From Yuukianura sp. NJ FZ-2021 (lineage: Eukaryota): a stretch of DNA of 64,000 bases. The stretch is from the NCBI GenBank assembly GCA_046563655.1, contig CM102287.1, positions 8,556,001 to 8,620,000 of the forward strand, written 5' to 3'. Shown here in pieces: positions 51,545-64,000 of the stretch. Within the stretch, counting starts at the first letter, position 1; each line of letters begins with the position of its first letter. A program made the position numbers and the translations under genes. The notes under the pieces were generated by a model. The model was not told where the DNA came from and made no database searches. It saw only the letters and a program-made list of their open reading frames with translations.

Positions 51545-54500
51545 CTCCCGTTTGTAACACGTTCTGTTCCTACACTAACAACTAAACTGGATTTCCTGTT
51601 TCTCCAAAAATGAAAAGTCAAGAAAGACTTCACTTTCAAAAAAAAACTTTCGAAAAATTTCAGACGCAAACTGGAATTGGTCCAGGAAGCACGGAAAAGC
51701 CAAAAACGATATTTTTCCTACTCCACATCCACATCCGCCAAAAATCCAAAATCCAAGTCTAGATTTTCAGTTTAGTCAGTTCGAAAAAGTTAGAGTAAAA
51801 ACGTAATCGTTAAGTCGCCAGAAAATGGAGGATTTTTATTTCATAATACTCCTGTCACTCAATCCTCTCTGCGACTTTCTCTTCTTAAAACGAAAAAAAT
51901 CACGCCAAAAATACTTTCAGCAGCACAACGAAATTTCTCCCGGGTCCTTTAAAGAAAAAATTTCTGGCACAACCGTAATTTCTCAACTGTCAACTGGAAC
52001 AGTGCGCAGATTAAAAACAAGCCGTCACAAGAACTCCAAAGTCACTCCCAGTTCCCAACACACTTTTCAAAAACAGAACTTCTTGATTTTCACTTGAACT
52101 TACGAGATCCAATTACTGATCACAAAAACCTGAACCTCACTTTGTCAAGTTTCTCACCCAAAAAGGCCAAACAAAGACTAATTCTTAGTCGTCAAACGAC
52201 AAACTAGGCAAGAAATTGTGCCACTGGTGGCAACAGGGTCATTCCCACCATCCCATTTGCTAAAAAAAAATTTAACGTTAATCCTCAGCTACTTGGTAGG
52301 TTACGATTGACGTTTTGCGTAAAGTGTCAAAGAGGCGTGTATGACTTTGGCATTGTTTTGTGGGTTAATTGTAGAAAAGGACACGCTTAGCAGAGATCCT
52401 TCCCAAAAGTCATGAGAAACAAATCTAGAAATCTTGAGATCTGTTTTCTGCTTGATAGTGCATTGGGGTTAAGACTTTTTAAATAATAGAACACCGGAAA
52501 ATAACAATAGACTAATGACATCTCCTTCCTAAATCCATTACGTAGACCAACACAAGTTCAAAACAAACATAGAAAACAATAGAACCAGCAACAGCACAAG
52601 TATTCGCAGTACGTTTAGCTTTGTTATGCTTTTGAAGTCAAGTCAAACCAGTTTCCACTCCGCTGGAGTCCTTCCTTTCTGCCTTTCCTAATCAACGGAA
52701 GTGACACTCATGTGCTCTGTTCCATCTCCAAAAACTAAAAACCACTTTGTACTTATGTAATTTAACGCATCAAAATTAAATTTTGAAAATTTTATTCAAA
52801 AGTAGGGTTTTTTATCAGATTCTTTGCCCGAAATGACCTATCCACGTCTACCAATGTCCAAATTTCCAAAATTTTAAAATTTCAACGACGTCCAACATTC
52901 GCCTTAGAATTAGAATTCTCTCGCAAAAGTTTTTGTAATCTCATTTTTAAGACTACCAGCATGTCTTCATTTCAAAATTTTGAAAAATTCTTGCGATCAA
53001 TACACCGAAAAATCGAAAAATTATTGAACTTGCTCTATCCAACCACCTCCTGCTACGCTTTCTTACGCTAGTTGACGATTCAGCCAAGTTTGAAGTTAAC
53101 ACCTTAACCGACAGAACGCAAATTCAAACCTCAAAACGAAAGATGTTGTTCAAAATTTGCGTTTCGCTAAGTAAAGGATCTCGGGAGACCTGAAATGCAT
53201 ATTCAATGAACCATCTCTTCCCAAATCCGAAATGACTAATGAACAGTGAAGGAAAATCCGTCACAATTCATTCATTTCCCAAAGACTTTGAAACCCGGGG
53301 AAAGTCTCTAGCTCTTTAGAGATTTTGACATTTTCCAATTTATGAAATAATGACTCAGAGGCATGTGCGGTTCCTAAAACTACTTGGCAGTACTAGTGGT
53401 TAGAAGGATGCTTCAAATGAACACGAACTTCGTTTTCACGTCTTCTGCTACTCCATATTCATAAAGTCTGAGATGACACAAGAAGAATAAAATTCAAAAC
53501 CTAAGTTTACAAAATCCTGTGACTACAAAACCATTTCAACACTTTCTTACTTTTCAAAATTTTCTTGGAATAATTTCTCTAATTTTCTACCACACGAAAG
53601 ACAAAATAAATTTCCAGAATCATCAAAGGAAGCTGCTTGCCTTATAGAAGTGTCTTCGTGTCAAAACCTCCTGGACAACTATTTCCTGGAGCTATAACGT
53701 TAGCCCCCACAACTAGCTTTATTTCCGGAAGGAGCTTCGTGCTTCTATAACGTTATTAGCTCCTAGCCACTTTGAACTTTGACACTCAAATCTCTCCATC
53801 TTGGGGCCGTCTCTGATCATTAGCAATTGCCCTTGCGTAGCCTCATGGCAAGCGTCATTAGGAGGATTAGCCTCTACTTCAAAGTCCTAATACCATTCTC
53901 AACAATAACAATAATCATGAAGCCGACGCTACTTCTTCTAACATAGCCTAACCTAACGTTAACAACAACAGCAGCGTCTTCAAAACCGTTAAGTTCAGAA
54001 GACCCACTTCACATTTATCGCTTCTGTCACACCTTTAAGCGGATTAGACCAGCCCACAGCGTCTTCCTCACTTCAATTTCTGAAGGAAAATTATATTCCA
54101 GCCGAGAAATGCTCAAAGTCATCTTCATTTCAACGTTCACACAAAAAATTTCAAAGAAAAGACAGAATTTTCCCCAAAAAAGAAAAATTTTGACACAAAA
54201 AACTCCGAGAGCAGCATTTCACTTCCTGTCATTTCTGTGTCAACATTAAGCAGAAACCGAGCGCTCGTGCTACTCAGCAGTTAAAAAATTCCCGCAAATT
54301 AATTATTTTTATAAACACGAAACTAAATTATTAGTGAGTGGTGACCCACCAGAAAAAAAGCTTTTCCAGAAAATATGAAAAAGTATGACAATGAAAATCA
54401 AATTGCTCTGCAGCAGCGGCTTTAAAAACAGGTTAGTAGGAAAAATTTCCCAGCAAAACCATGAATTAAATAATTCCTCTCGCCATCAAAACCAACCAAA

Positions 54501-55182
54501 AGCCGTCATTTTACTTCACAGAGGCATAAAAATGCATTTCGAGGAATTTTTACTTCAGGCGGATGTGGAACTTCCGTTTTAAAAAGCACGAAGACCTAAA
54601 CATACGCTGAGCAGAGCTATTACAAAAAGTAAACAGTAGTTCCTCGGCCTCATCACTACCATCATCAAAGTTTTATGACACTTCATCTTCCGCCTTAAAT
54701 ACTTCGTTTAGTATTCAGCACACATCACACACAACGAGCAAATTCCTTAAATTTTAAAGGTAGCAGAGACGTTGACACGAGAGGTCATGCAAAAAAGCTT
54801 TAACAAGAAGCCAAAAATAAAAAATGCAGCGCTAAGCGGCACAAGAGTTGTGTGGACTCTATCGCAACTCTTGATTTCTGAATTTCCAAAATTCACAACA
54901 AATTTTCAACGGATGGTTTTAAAAAAAAAAATACCAACCCCCCGACCCCCACATAAAATTTCAGGCACACAAACGTATAAGAGATGAAGAATGAAGAAAC
55001 TTTCAAAAAATAAAATTAACATCCGAAAAACGGATATTTCTTTCAGAGGCGTCAAAGAGCGCGTGACTTCAGCAAATTGTCTGAAGTCGGGGTGACCTTT
55101 GACCTCATCTTTTCAGACTTAATGACCCCATTAGGCCAAACTACTTTTGAACCATGTTTTGAAAATAGAGTAAATTTCTCAC

Positions 55183-55899
55183 CTGTTCATGTGAATTTTC
55201 AAAAGTAGATTCTGAATGGTAATTAGAGGAAGATGAAGTGCGGCTACTGGAACTTTTCTCATTTGACGACTCCCTGGAGTTTCTCAATTCCGGCCAACTT
55301 TCGCCTGAAGACTTTCCCAGGCGGTGGTCTTCCCCTCCCGTCTCTTCCGCCTGGAATGATGACTGATGTTGACCCATGACCTCACCTTCAGCAAACTTTT
55401 CCCTTGGCTTTGATGAATTAGGGGCTGAAGGACGTGCAGACAACGGTGCTGAGCTTTGGCCTGTTCTCAGAACATCATCAGCGTCAATATTTTCAGCGTC
55501 TGGACCAAGATTCTCAGCCTCGGACGGAGTACTACTGCTGGGCTCAACAGTTGCAGAGACGTAGAAGACTGAGGTACGAGTTGTGTTCACTGCCAAAGTA
55601 CTGGCAGTATCACCTTTGGTTCTTTTGGGTTTCTTGTTAGTGGTGTCGTCAGTAGCTGAAGCTGAACTGGAAGATGACAAGGACAGGGACGTCTTGAGCT
55701 CCTTCAGAATCTGGAAGAATGTCATTCCATTTGAATGTGTCATTGGCTCGTGGAGTACGTTGTTCTCTGGACTTGAACTTTGATTGTTAACATTAACATC
55801 AACATCAACATTAACTTCATCATCACTACGACTTGCATCAGCCAATCGCAGCCCACTTTTCTTGGAAGCCCTACGCTTTCCCTTGGATTGCCAAAACAT
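55183..55899 (-). CDS. Ser-rich coding exon, probable alternative 5' exon of the SASH1/SKIP-like gene
   Basis: 239-codon ATG-initiated open frame ending at CAG|GTGAGA (phase 0), compatible with the phase-0 acceptor at 46967. Confidence 0.6.
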
Positions 55900-58800
55900 T
55901 TTTATGCGTTGACTGACTTTTCATTCATAACAAAAACATACTGCGAACCCAACTTTTGCGCAAGAGTCAATAACTTATTAGTATTTGTCACTTTAAACTA
56001 TTAAAAGTTCGTCAACATTTCCATAAAAAAATTTCCAAAGACATAATAAGTTGCAATCACAAATGAATCACTCGAAAATCATACAACTTCTGATCCAGCG
56101 AATCCAAAAATTTTCCGAACTGCAAAATCACTTCGAAATGGCAAAAATAGCAGCTCAAAACAGTCAAAACTCAAAACAAAATCTGTTTTCAAATTCCAAA
56201 ATTCTCCTTTTCGAAAAAAAACTTCCACTTCGACATTGGATTCGTCACTTTGTTTTTCTTGTTCCACTGAAAACAAAACAGGTTTGTTTCCCTTCCATTT
56301 CTTGTGAACACCCTCTTATGTCATCCTCGTTTCGATCAAATTGGACAACTCCGAAAAAAAGCTAAGCGTCTTTGATTGTCCAAAAGTCTCACAAAAAGAA
56401 AAACAAAACACTTTTAGCACAACAAAAGCCCCAAAACAAGCAATTCCTCTTACAAAATCAGTGCGACTCTCCAGGACTCAAGGATTCAACTGTCATCTCC
56501 AGCCTTAAAACAGCCAATGCACAACATCTCTCAAGTGCTTCAGTTAAACTTTACTTAACAACTGGGTAAACAAACTGCACAAAAATACAGAAAATGAAGC
56601 ACTTTTTCTGCCTAAACCTAAGCACACTTTGCCAATTTCAGTACCGCTTTTGCTAAAAGTTGGCGTTAACAACTCAAAAAAGTTCACACACAAAAGTTAA
56701 ACAAAAGAATTTTTATGAACATTCAAACAATGGCAAATCTTTGTCTTTTTCCCACAAAGCTAAATCCAATATCTGCTCTTCTTCCCTCTTCCTAGCACGT
56801 AATCCCAGCAAATGAACCACCTAACGTAAAACCTAACTGAATTAGCCTAATTTCCTATGTTCATGGCATGTGAAATAATACAAGCATTACGCTTAAAGCA
56901 AAATGCTAAGCAATTACCAAGAAGAACCGTGCACAGCCTTGTGTTTATGCTTAGAAATCAATCACTTAACACCACGTCATCCCCACCCATTTCTTAAGAA
57001 ACAAATCATCTTCTTTTTCCTCTTGTATCATGTGACAAGTGTCAGCACTTTTTATTAATAGCTCAAGGAGATCTTTCTCAGAAAATTCAAACTTTTGCGT
57101 TGCAAATGTTACATTATAAGTTACTTAATGTTACGAAATGCGACGTTTACTGAAGCATGTTGCATCTAAAGTACTGATTAGAACAAAAGAAACGCCACGC
57201 TAAGCAGAAAGTACCAAGCATTCGTCACGCAGAAACTCAAAATTAATCGTTTTGTTTAATCCTACACCATAACTTTTGTTTATTTTTAAAGCCTTTATGT
57301 TATGTTAGCTTTAGTAAGCTCTTAAATCCATGGGAGGCATCATAGCTCAGCAACTAATTACTCAACGCCTTTTCATCATCTCGGGTCGAAAGTTCATCTT
57401 CGTCGTCTTCCCGTCAGGAAGCTGATCTCTACAACCTCTCCGTTTCAAACAACGCCATCAAAATAAACAGTCTCCATAACCTAAACCTTCTATCAGCATC
57501 AGAAGTCAAAGACTATAATGTCAAAAAAGACTAAAAGTTAGCACCCAAAGACTATAAGTTAGGGGAAGCATCTTCACAAGTCATACAAATTATGTTTATT
57601 CTAACGAGTAGCACCTAAGGCTAGTCAAGCCGCTAAACCCTCAAGCAAAAGCATATTTGACAAGGCAATTGAACCTGAACTTAAACGAATTGGGTTTAAC
57701 ACTAGGTACTTTCAGAATTTCAAAATTTTAGCCTAATCTACAAAGCTGTTTATTGCATCCAGTACAATCATTAAGTAAATTGTGACTAAGCGGAGTAAAT
57801 CGGGAGTGGATTGAATAAATTGTCAAACATTTGCGAAAATGCTACAAGAAATTCAAACTCACCTGAAGCATTTTTTCTCGTTTTTCAAAAAAAGTAAATA
57901 AACGGACTGTTGCGGGATTAAATTTGCAAACAAGCTGCAGAAAAAATGGGTTTGAAGAAGATTGAGTACCTTACAGCGCCAATCCATCATTCATTTCACA
58001 AACACTGAACTAACTAGTAACCTCGTTCACTTCAGGAAATTCTGGAATAAATTAAGCCGCCTTAGTCATGATCACTTTCAGAGAAACAGTTTTTGCAAAT
58101 TGCAAATCAGAATCAGAGGAACAGTTTATACAAATCCAAATCTGAGAAAAGGTTTGTTTAAAATTCCAAATCATAAAGGAAAAAAGTAAGCGAGTCGCAA
58201 CTTTAGAATTAAACCAAAAATTAAAAACCAACGTCCGACTATTGCAGATTAGAATCACATTTGCACAAGGAAGACTAATGAAACCATTGTGTGCAAATTA
58301 GTCCAACTTTTTGTGAAACTCAAAAGTCTAGCGTGTTCCAAAACTAAACCATCCCTAGTACCTGATCTGGGTTTCAAAAACATCCAAAATTTCAGTTCTA
58401 AATGCAAAGGCAAACTTTGTCCATAAAAAAGTCCCAATTCAAAATCCATTGCTTAAAACTCGCGTCACCATTGCATCGTGCTAAAATTCCAAAGAGGTTC
58501 ACTCTAACAAAAAATATTTCGCCAAAAAAATTGTTGGCAAAAAATATTTTGCCAAATTCACTCAAGGTCAGTTCCAGAGTTGACGTCTATGTCACAATTC
58601 AACAACAAAATCTTTCGTGATTGCTTTGTTGCCTAACCTAACAATGAAAATTACAACAATGTCAGACCAATTAAGGACATCCAGAAGACAACCTTGACAC
58701 TGACATTGACAATTCCATTGTCATCTCTACAATAACACTGGGTGTGGCATTGTCAATACTAAAAATTTTGATCCAACATCATTTACATCCAGAATCTGTG

Positions 58801-61800
58801 CACGGATGCTATCAGTTTGCTCAAATAGTGTCCAGACACAATTGAAAAGAGTCACTGAACTGAATTTTAAATTTTGGAATTTGGAATTAGAAAAGAAGCA
58901 ATTTAGCAAATAACTTATTTAGTAAAGTTCGAACAACGGTGAATCATCCAGAATAGCAATGAGCCATTTCGGAGCTCCTTTTTAAGAGAATAGTGAATCC
59001 CGCCTCATTTCATTAGCATCTCTTCGTACTAAAATATTAATTAAAATGATGATTTGGACCAGGACTTAGGAGAGAGAAAGAGAAAAGCTCAAATTTTGAG
59101 CTACGACCAACTTCAAATGGGTCTGAATGAATTATAAACCTCAACTTAACAAACCATATCCACAATCCAAGTCCAGCAGCAGACAAGGCACAGAGTAAAA
59201 GCGGATTCTACCGAATTTTGCTTCCGGTGGATCCTAAATTCCCATTTCGAAACCCAACCCCTTTTAATTCCACAAAACCACGAAAACTGAAGCAATTTCG
59301 GAGTGACTATGAAACAAACCGAAACCAGAAAGAAACGCACTTTCACCTCCCGTGTCAAATTCCGCCAAATCCATAAATCATCATCATAATCAAAATCAGA
59401 GATCATCCCACAAATCAAAATTTGTGCAGCACATAAACCACAGTGTCACGCTTACTGATACGCTTAACTTTCACTTTTTTTGAGAAAAAAAAATGTGGAC
59501 GTTGAACAGACTAAAAACTCATGACAGAAAGTTTTAGCAAAGAAAGCACTTTCTCTTAAAAATATTTCCGAAAACTGAAAAAAAAACATCAATAATAAAA
59601 ATGAAACCCGACGCTTCTACGTACAGAATAGAAACAGCTTTCTCCTCGCAGTTTTTTTTTGAAAACTCAAAAATTAAGAATGTTACACGGTGGAACGCAT
59701 TTTTTAACTCGAATTTTGAAAATTCACAAATAAAATTTTTTAAAATCAATTTGATTACTTTTTGTTTCCGGAAACTTGCCACCGTGTTGAAAAACCTCAT
59801 TTTCGGAATTTTGATTTTAGGAATGATGTTACACCTTCAAAACTTTCGAAATTTTGAGATCAATAATGGCCTACCCGAATAGAACTTTCACTTTCATGCT
59901 ATAAACTCAGTTTTAACAGTACATTGAAAAGTTCTGAGTCACTTCAAAGCTAAATCGCACTTCTCACTGTCCAAACGAATAACAAATGAAATTTCGAAAA
60001 CGCATATTCAGGAAAAACTAATCAAACTACGGAGTTTAGTAGGAAACAAAACAAAACAATTTTAGCCTCAATAAACTGAACAGACAGGATTGGAATTTAC
60101 AGGTGAGTTTTATAATATCATAAAAGCAGATGAAAAGCTGCAAAACCTGGGCTCTGCAGGATGTAACTGTTTAATTTGCGGCTGGCCAGAAGGAATACTT
60201 CGAAAAGCTGTCAATTGACCTACTTTCACATCAGCGTCGTCACTTCAAAAAAAATTTAGCGTCATTTTCCTTTTCCGTCAAAATTTATGATGCGCATTTA
60301 CTCAACACACAGTAGACTAAAAATACAAACAACGCGATCCTCATTACAAAAAATTGACAAATGGAAACATTTTAACTCAACTTAAACGTCGCTTCAAAAA
60401 TTCAAAATTTTAGAAAGCTCCATGTTTTACATCCAGCAGTTCATCTAGTGGGAATTTTCGTCTAAATTTTTTAACCAAAATTTTTCATTCCTGTCGGAAA
60501 ACGGAAAACTGTTCAAGAAGAAGAAAGTTTTAATTTTGAACTGCATTTTTTACACCACCCTCAATGAAAATGTAAGTGAAGGTTAGTTTTAGCCTCTGAA
60601 AAGTGTACCAAGGTCAGCGTTAATGCCCAAAGCACACTTGAACAAGGTAAAGTGGGTCAAGAAATTGGTCATGGTTTTCCTTCTTATTCCCAACTTACGT
60701 CAAACGCCTCTTCCATCCTGTCAACCTAACCACAAACCCATAGCCTAACTTTTAGACTTCCCTTTGTTCACAGGGGAATCCACAACATAGGACGATTCCA
60801 ACGCTCCAAAAAATTCGCAAATTCCTCTCGACTTAGTTTCTTAACTTCTGCTTCCCTCCCTCAACGCAGGAGTTGGTGACCTCCAAACCACTTTTCGCAA
60901 ACTTTTTGCACACTCTATATCACAGACTCCCGCAGAAGCACATGCTACACTTTAGTTTCAGCACTGGACGACTCAGAAGACTCTTCCAACCTGTTGTTAG
61001 GACTGTAACCTAGCATAACTGAACCTGACGAAGATGAACTCCGCCTAATGCCCGCCTCTTGACCTTCCTCTGAATCCCGCTCTTCTTCTACACTAAAAAT
61101 GAGGACCATGGAGGGAGTAACTACCGCCAGAAGAGTTCATCTCCCTTCTGGCCCAGTGACATCTCCATTCCAAATCAAAACCAAATCCAGTTCAACCTGG
61201 GAGAGTCTAAAGACATAACGCAACGCATGACCTAACTTCCAATATTTATCATATACGTATTTATTAAAATATTATTAATACCAATATTAAAATATTACCA
61301 TATCTAAAATATAAAATATTACTAGAACCATAACATAACATAGCACAGACCACTGTGCAACTTTTAAACGTCCCAAAAAACGACTTCTCACCTGAAAATA
61401 AAATTAGCATGATCAAAATCCGCAACAAAAAGCCAAGTGACGCTGAACCGATTCTCAACCAAATGCGTCACAATTTTCAACATTGTGAAGAAATACCATA
61501 AACTTAGGTTTGAGTTATGAACATCATGAATCACCAGTTTCAAAAATTTTGAAAACAAAAACTTCGTAAAATTTGAAGTTCAAACAGTTACAAGAGAAAG
61601 TAGCACTAAAATGCAACGCGTTTGTTTCGCCTCCGTTGACTTTATGGTGCTTCTGGCGCCCAAGCACCTAAAAAAAGTGAAAGTGAAAGTCAAGCCTCCT
61701 GAAAAATCTGCAAATGCGCAGAGTTTTTGCTACTGGAGGGAGTAACTACGCTTTCACTTGCCGCTTGACCTTGACGCTCCCAGCTCATCTCCCTACTGCC

Positions 61801-64000
61801 CATGTTCCTGCCTATGCTAAAAAACACTACTTTCACTAACCTAGCCTTGCTGATGTTGTATTGGAAGATCATTCTTGGAGGGGGAGATGGAGCAGTGTCA
61901 GTTGAGGACCGTTCAGGGTCAATGCCTGACCTACTTCCCACTTTCTACGCTCATCAAGGTCCTCCTGCCCCGAATTCTACCGCATCAAGGCCACACTCCG
62001 AACCCTACTCAACGCACAAGGTTAGCCCTACACGAGCTCCCTACTTTCACATACCTTCACCCAGGCAGGACTAGGCGACCAACTTACGCCATAACCTTGC
62101 TCTCCCCTCCCCTTGTCAGTCACAGCTTCCCACTTTGTAGCGTTACGCAATGCACCTTAAGCTTAAACTTATGCTTAGGGTAGAGTTCCCATAATGTTAT
62201 AGTTACCACAACCAAAACCTGAGAAACGACAGTGTCCCTGTTCCATTCCCAACTCCCCTCAAAAATATATCAACCTAACCGAAAACATAACATAACCAAC
62301 GCATAAAGTCCTTGCAAAACAACTCCACACTTTCAAAAAAAAACTTAATTTTCAAAAAAAAGCCTTTTAAAACAAAATTTCCTAACCACAACAGTTCGCC
62401 ATTTACTACTCAAACACTTGTTGAAAACTTTCACTTTCAAAACTTTCCCCAACTCTCCAGAGCCAAACAACTTTTTTACATGACACATAATGTTAGTTAA
62501 AAAAGACATTTCTATTGGAAAAGTTTCCAAATTGTTGTTTTTCTGCATTTTTCCTCGCAAAAACACATTTAAAAAGTAATTGCGTTAAGTGGTTCATGAA
62601 TCATATCCTATAGCATTTTAGAAGGTGCCAAGTACTGGACCACATTTTTCAGCACCTTTTTTTTCCTAAGAAAACACAAAACCGCAATTGCGTTTTTCCT
62701 CTTATCCTGCCGAAACCACTTACATTACAATCCTATTTGCAAATTTTTTGCAACACAGATATCTGACGCGCCAAAAAATTTTTTTGCAACATTCCAGCTA
62801 GTACAAGTGGATTCGTTCAAGTTGTTGATTTTCCTAAGCCTATGCTCCACGTGTAGTGTTGTGACTGTGCCATTGCAAATATTACGTCCTCAGGAAAGCC
62901 GTGCAAAAAGCTTGCAAAAACGAGGAGCTGCCGGAGTGCCAATGCCAAAAGCGTGCAAAAAGTTTGCGAAAACTCTTCCAGCCCACTTCGACTCTTCTTC
63001 ACCCTTCCTCCAGAGCTGAACTGGTGGGTTGAACTTTCCCAGCGTCTCTGACCTCGTGTAGCAGTTGAATCCAGTCCAACAGAATGGATCCTCCGCTGAC
63101 CTTGAGCAATACAGAATGGCAATGCCAAGGAGAGTGAGTCAGTGTCATGCCCATTCCCAACACACTACTTGCCCTTGTTCCTCATCTACGTTAGGTTAGG
63201 CTAGGTGGATGTCCCTGGTGAAAGGCCGCTGTTGCCTTGGTTCCATTGCCACGGCCAAGGGCACCGCTTGACCTCCACCTTCAGAGGACGCAACTCCAGA
63301 ACCCAGACGACCTTCACTTCCTTTCACAAGCACCAACTCAACACAAATACACTGTTTACCAGTGCACCTTCAATACATTCGGCCTCAAAACAATTTTTTC
63401 AATCAGTTTCATCACACAAACTGTTTTTAAAATGTTTCCAAAGAATTTCCAACAAAATTAACCAGAATTTTCCATAAGATTTTCAGAAGTTTCAACAAGA
63501 TTTTACCTCGTTTAAATAATCCTGTGAGAATTTTCGATAAGAATTCTCACAATTTCCAAACAAAACACGTCTCCCCTCAAACTACAATAATTTGAATTTT
63601 CATACAACAAAAATGCATTCATTCAACTAATTTCGGATTTAACAGCTTTTTGCGAACAAAAATTATTGAATAGAAAAAGTTGGGCGTTCAAACAAACTGC
63701 CAGACCTACGGTATGGGTATACTTCCTAAAAATTTTAAAATTTCTCAACCGGCAGAAAAGTAGTTTTCGTTTTTGACCAACTGCTGGACTCGTTTTTTCA
63801 TAATCAAGTTTTCTTTCTCAAATTCAGAAATTCAAACCAAAATTTTTGTAATAGCCCACGTGATTAATTTAAAAAGGCAAACAAAGAAAACTCAAACTAA
63901 TTTTTCATTCCGCACACTCCGCTTCCGTGACTCAATTAAATAAAATAAATAAGGATAAATTCAAACAACCTTTCCAGTGAAAGTCTCCAAAGAGCAACTT

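Noticed and set aside
62161..62180. CTTAAACTTATG resembling the U12 snRNA 5' end
   Set aside because: The branch-site pairing GTAAGGA and the rest of U12 are absent.
61690..63477. Several 60-103 aa ORFs on both strands
   Set aside because: No recognisable domains, many non-ATG starts, no supported exon chain; small alternative exons cannot be excluded.

Overview
Gene-dense eukaryotic (invertebrate, probably arthropod; inferred from short 55-90 nt GT-AG introns, AT-richness and gene content) region with about 12 spliced genes: SIRT2, TBCEL, CFAP43 (all minus), ETHE1, an orphan type-I membrane protein, a peripherin/RDS-like tetraspanin, CPSF2, a divergent SNAPC3, a chymotrypsin-like protease, FAM135, mRpL14, and a large SASH1/SKIP-like SH3-SAM gene whose introns fill most of the last 20 kb. 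Notable structure: (1) a local segmental duplication (about 463-3821 vs 39223-41662) in which one copy keeps an intact SIRT2 and only a scrap of mRpL14, while the other sits on intact mRpL14 and has a SIRT2 with a 994-bp deletion; (2) the mRpL14 intron holds a long hairpin between two candidate 5' splice sites and an antisense nested ORF pair (C2HC zinc finger plus basic Ser-rich tail) behind an RFX X-box; (3) an X-box plus forkhead module upstream of CFAP43; (4) a MITE-like and a foldback-like element. Gene names come from recognised motifs, not database searches, and exon boundaries were read by eye.
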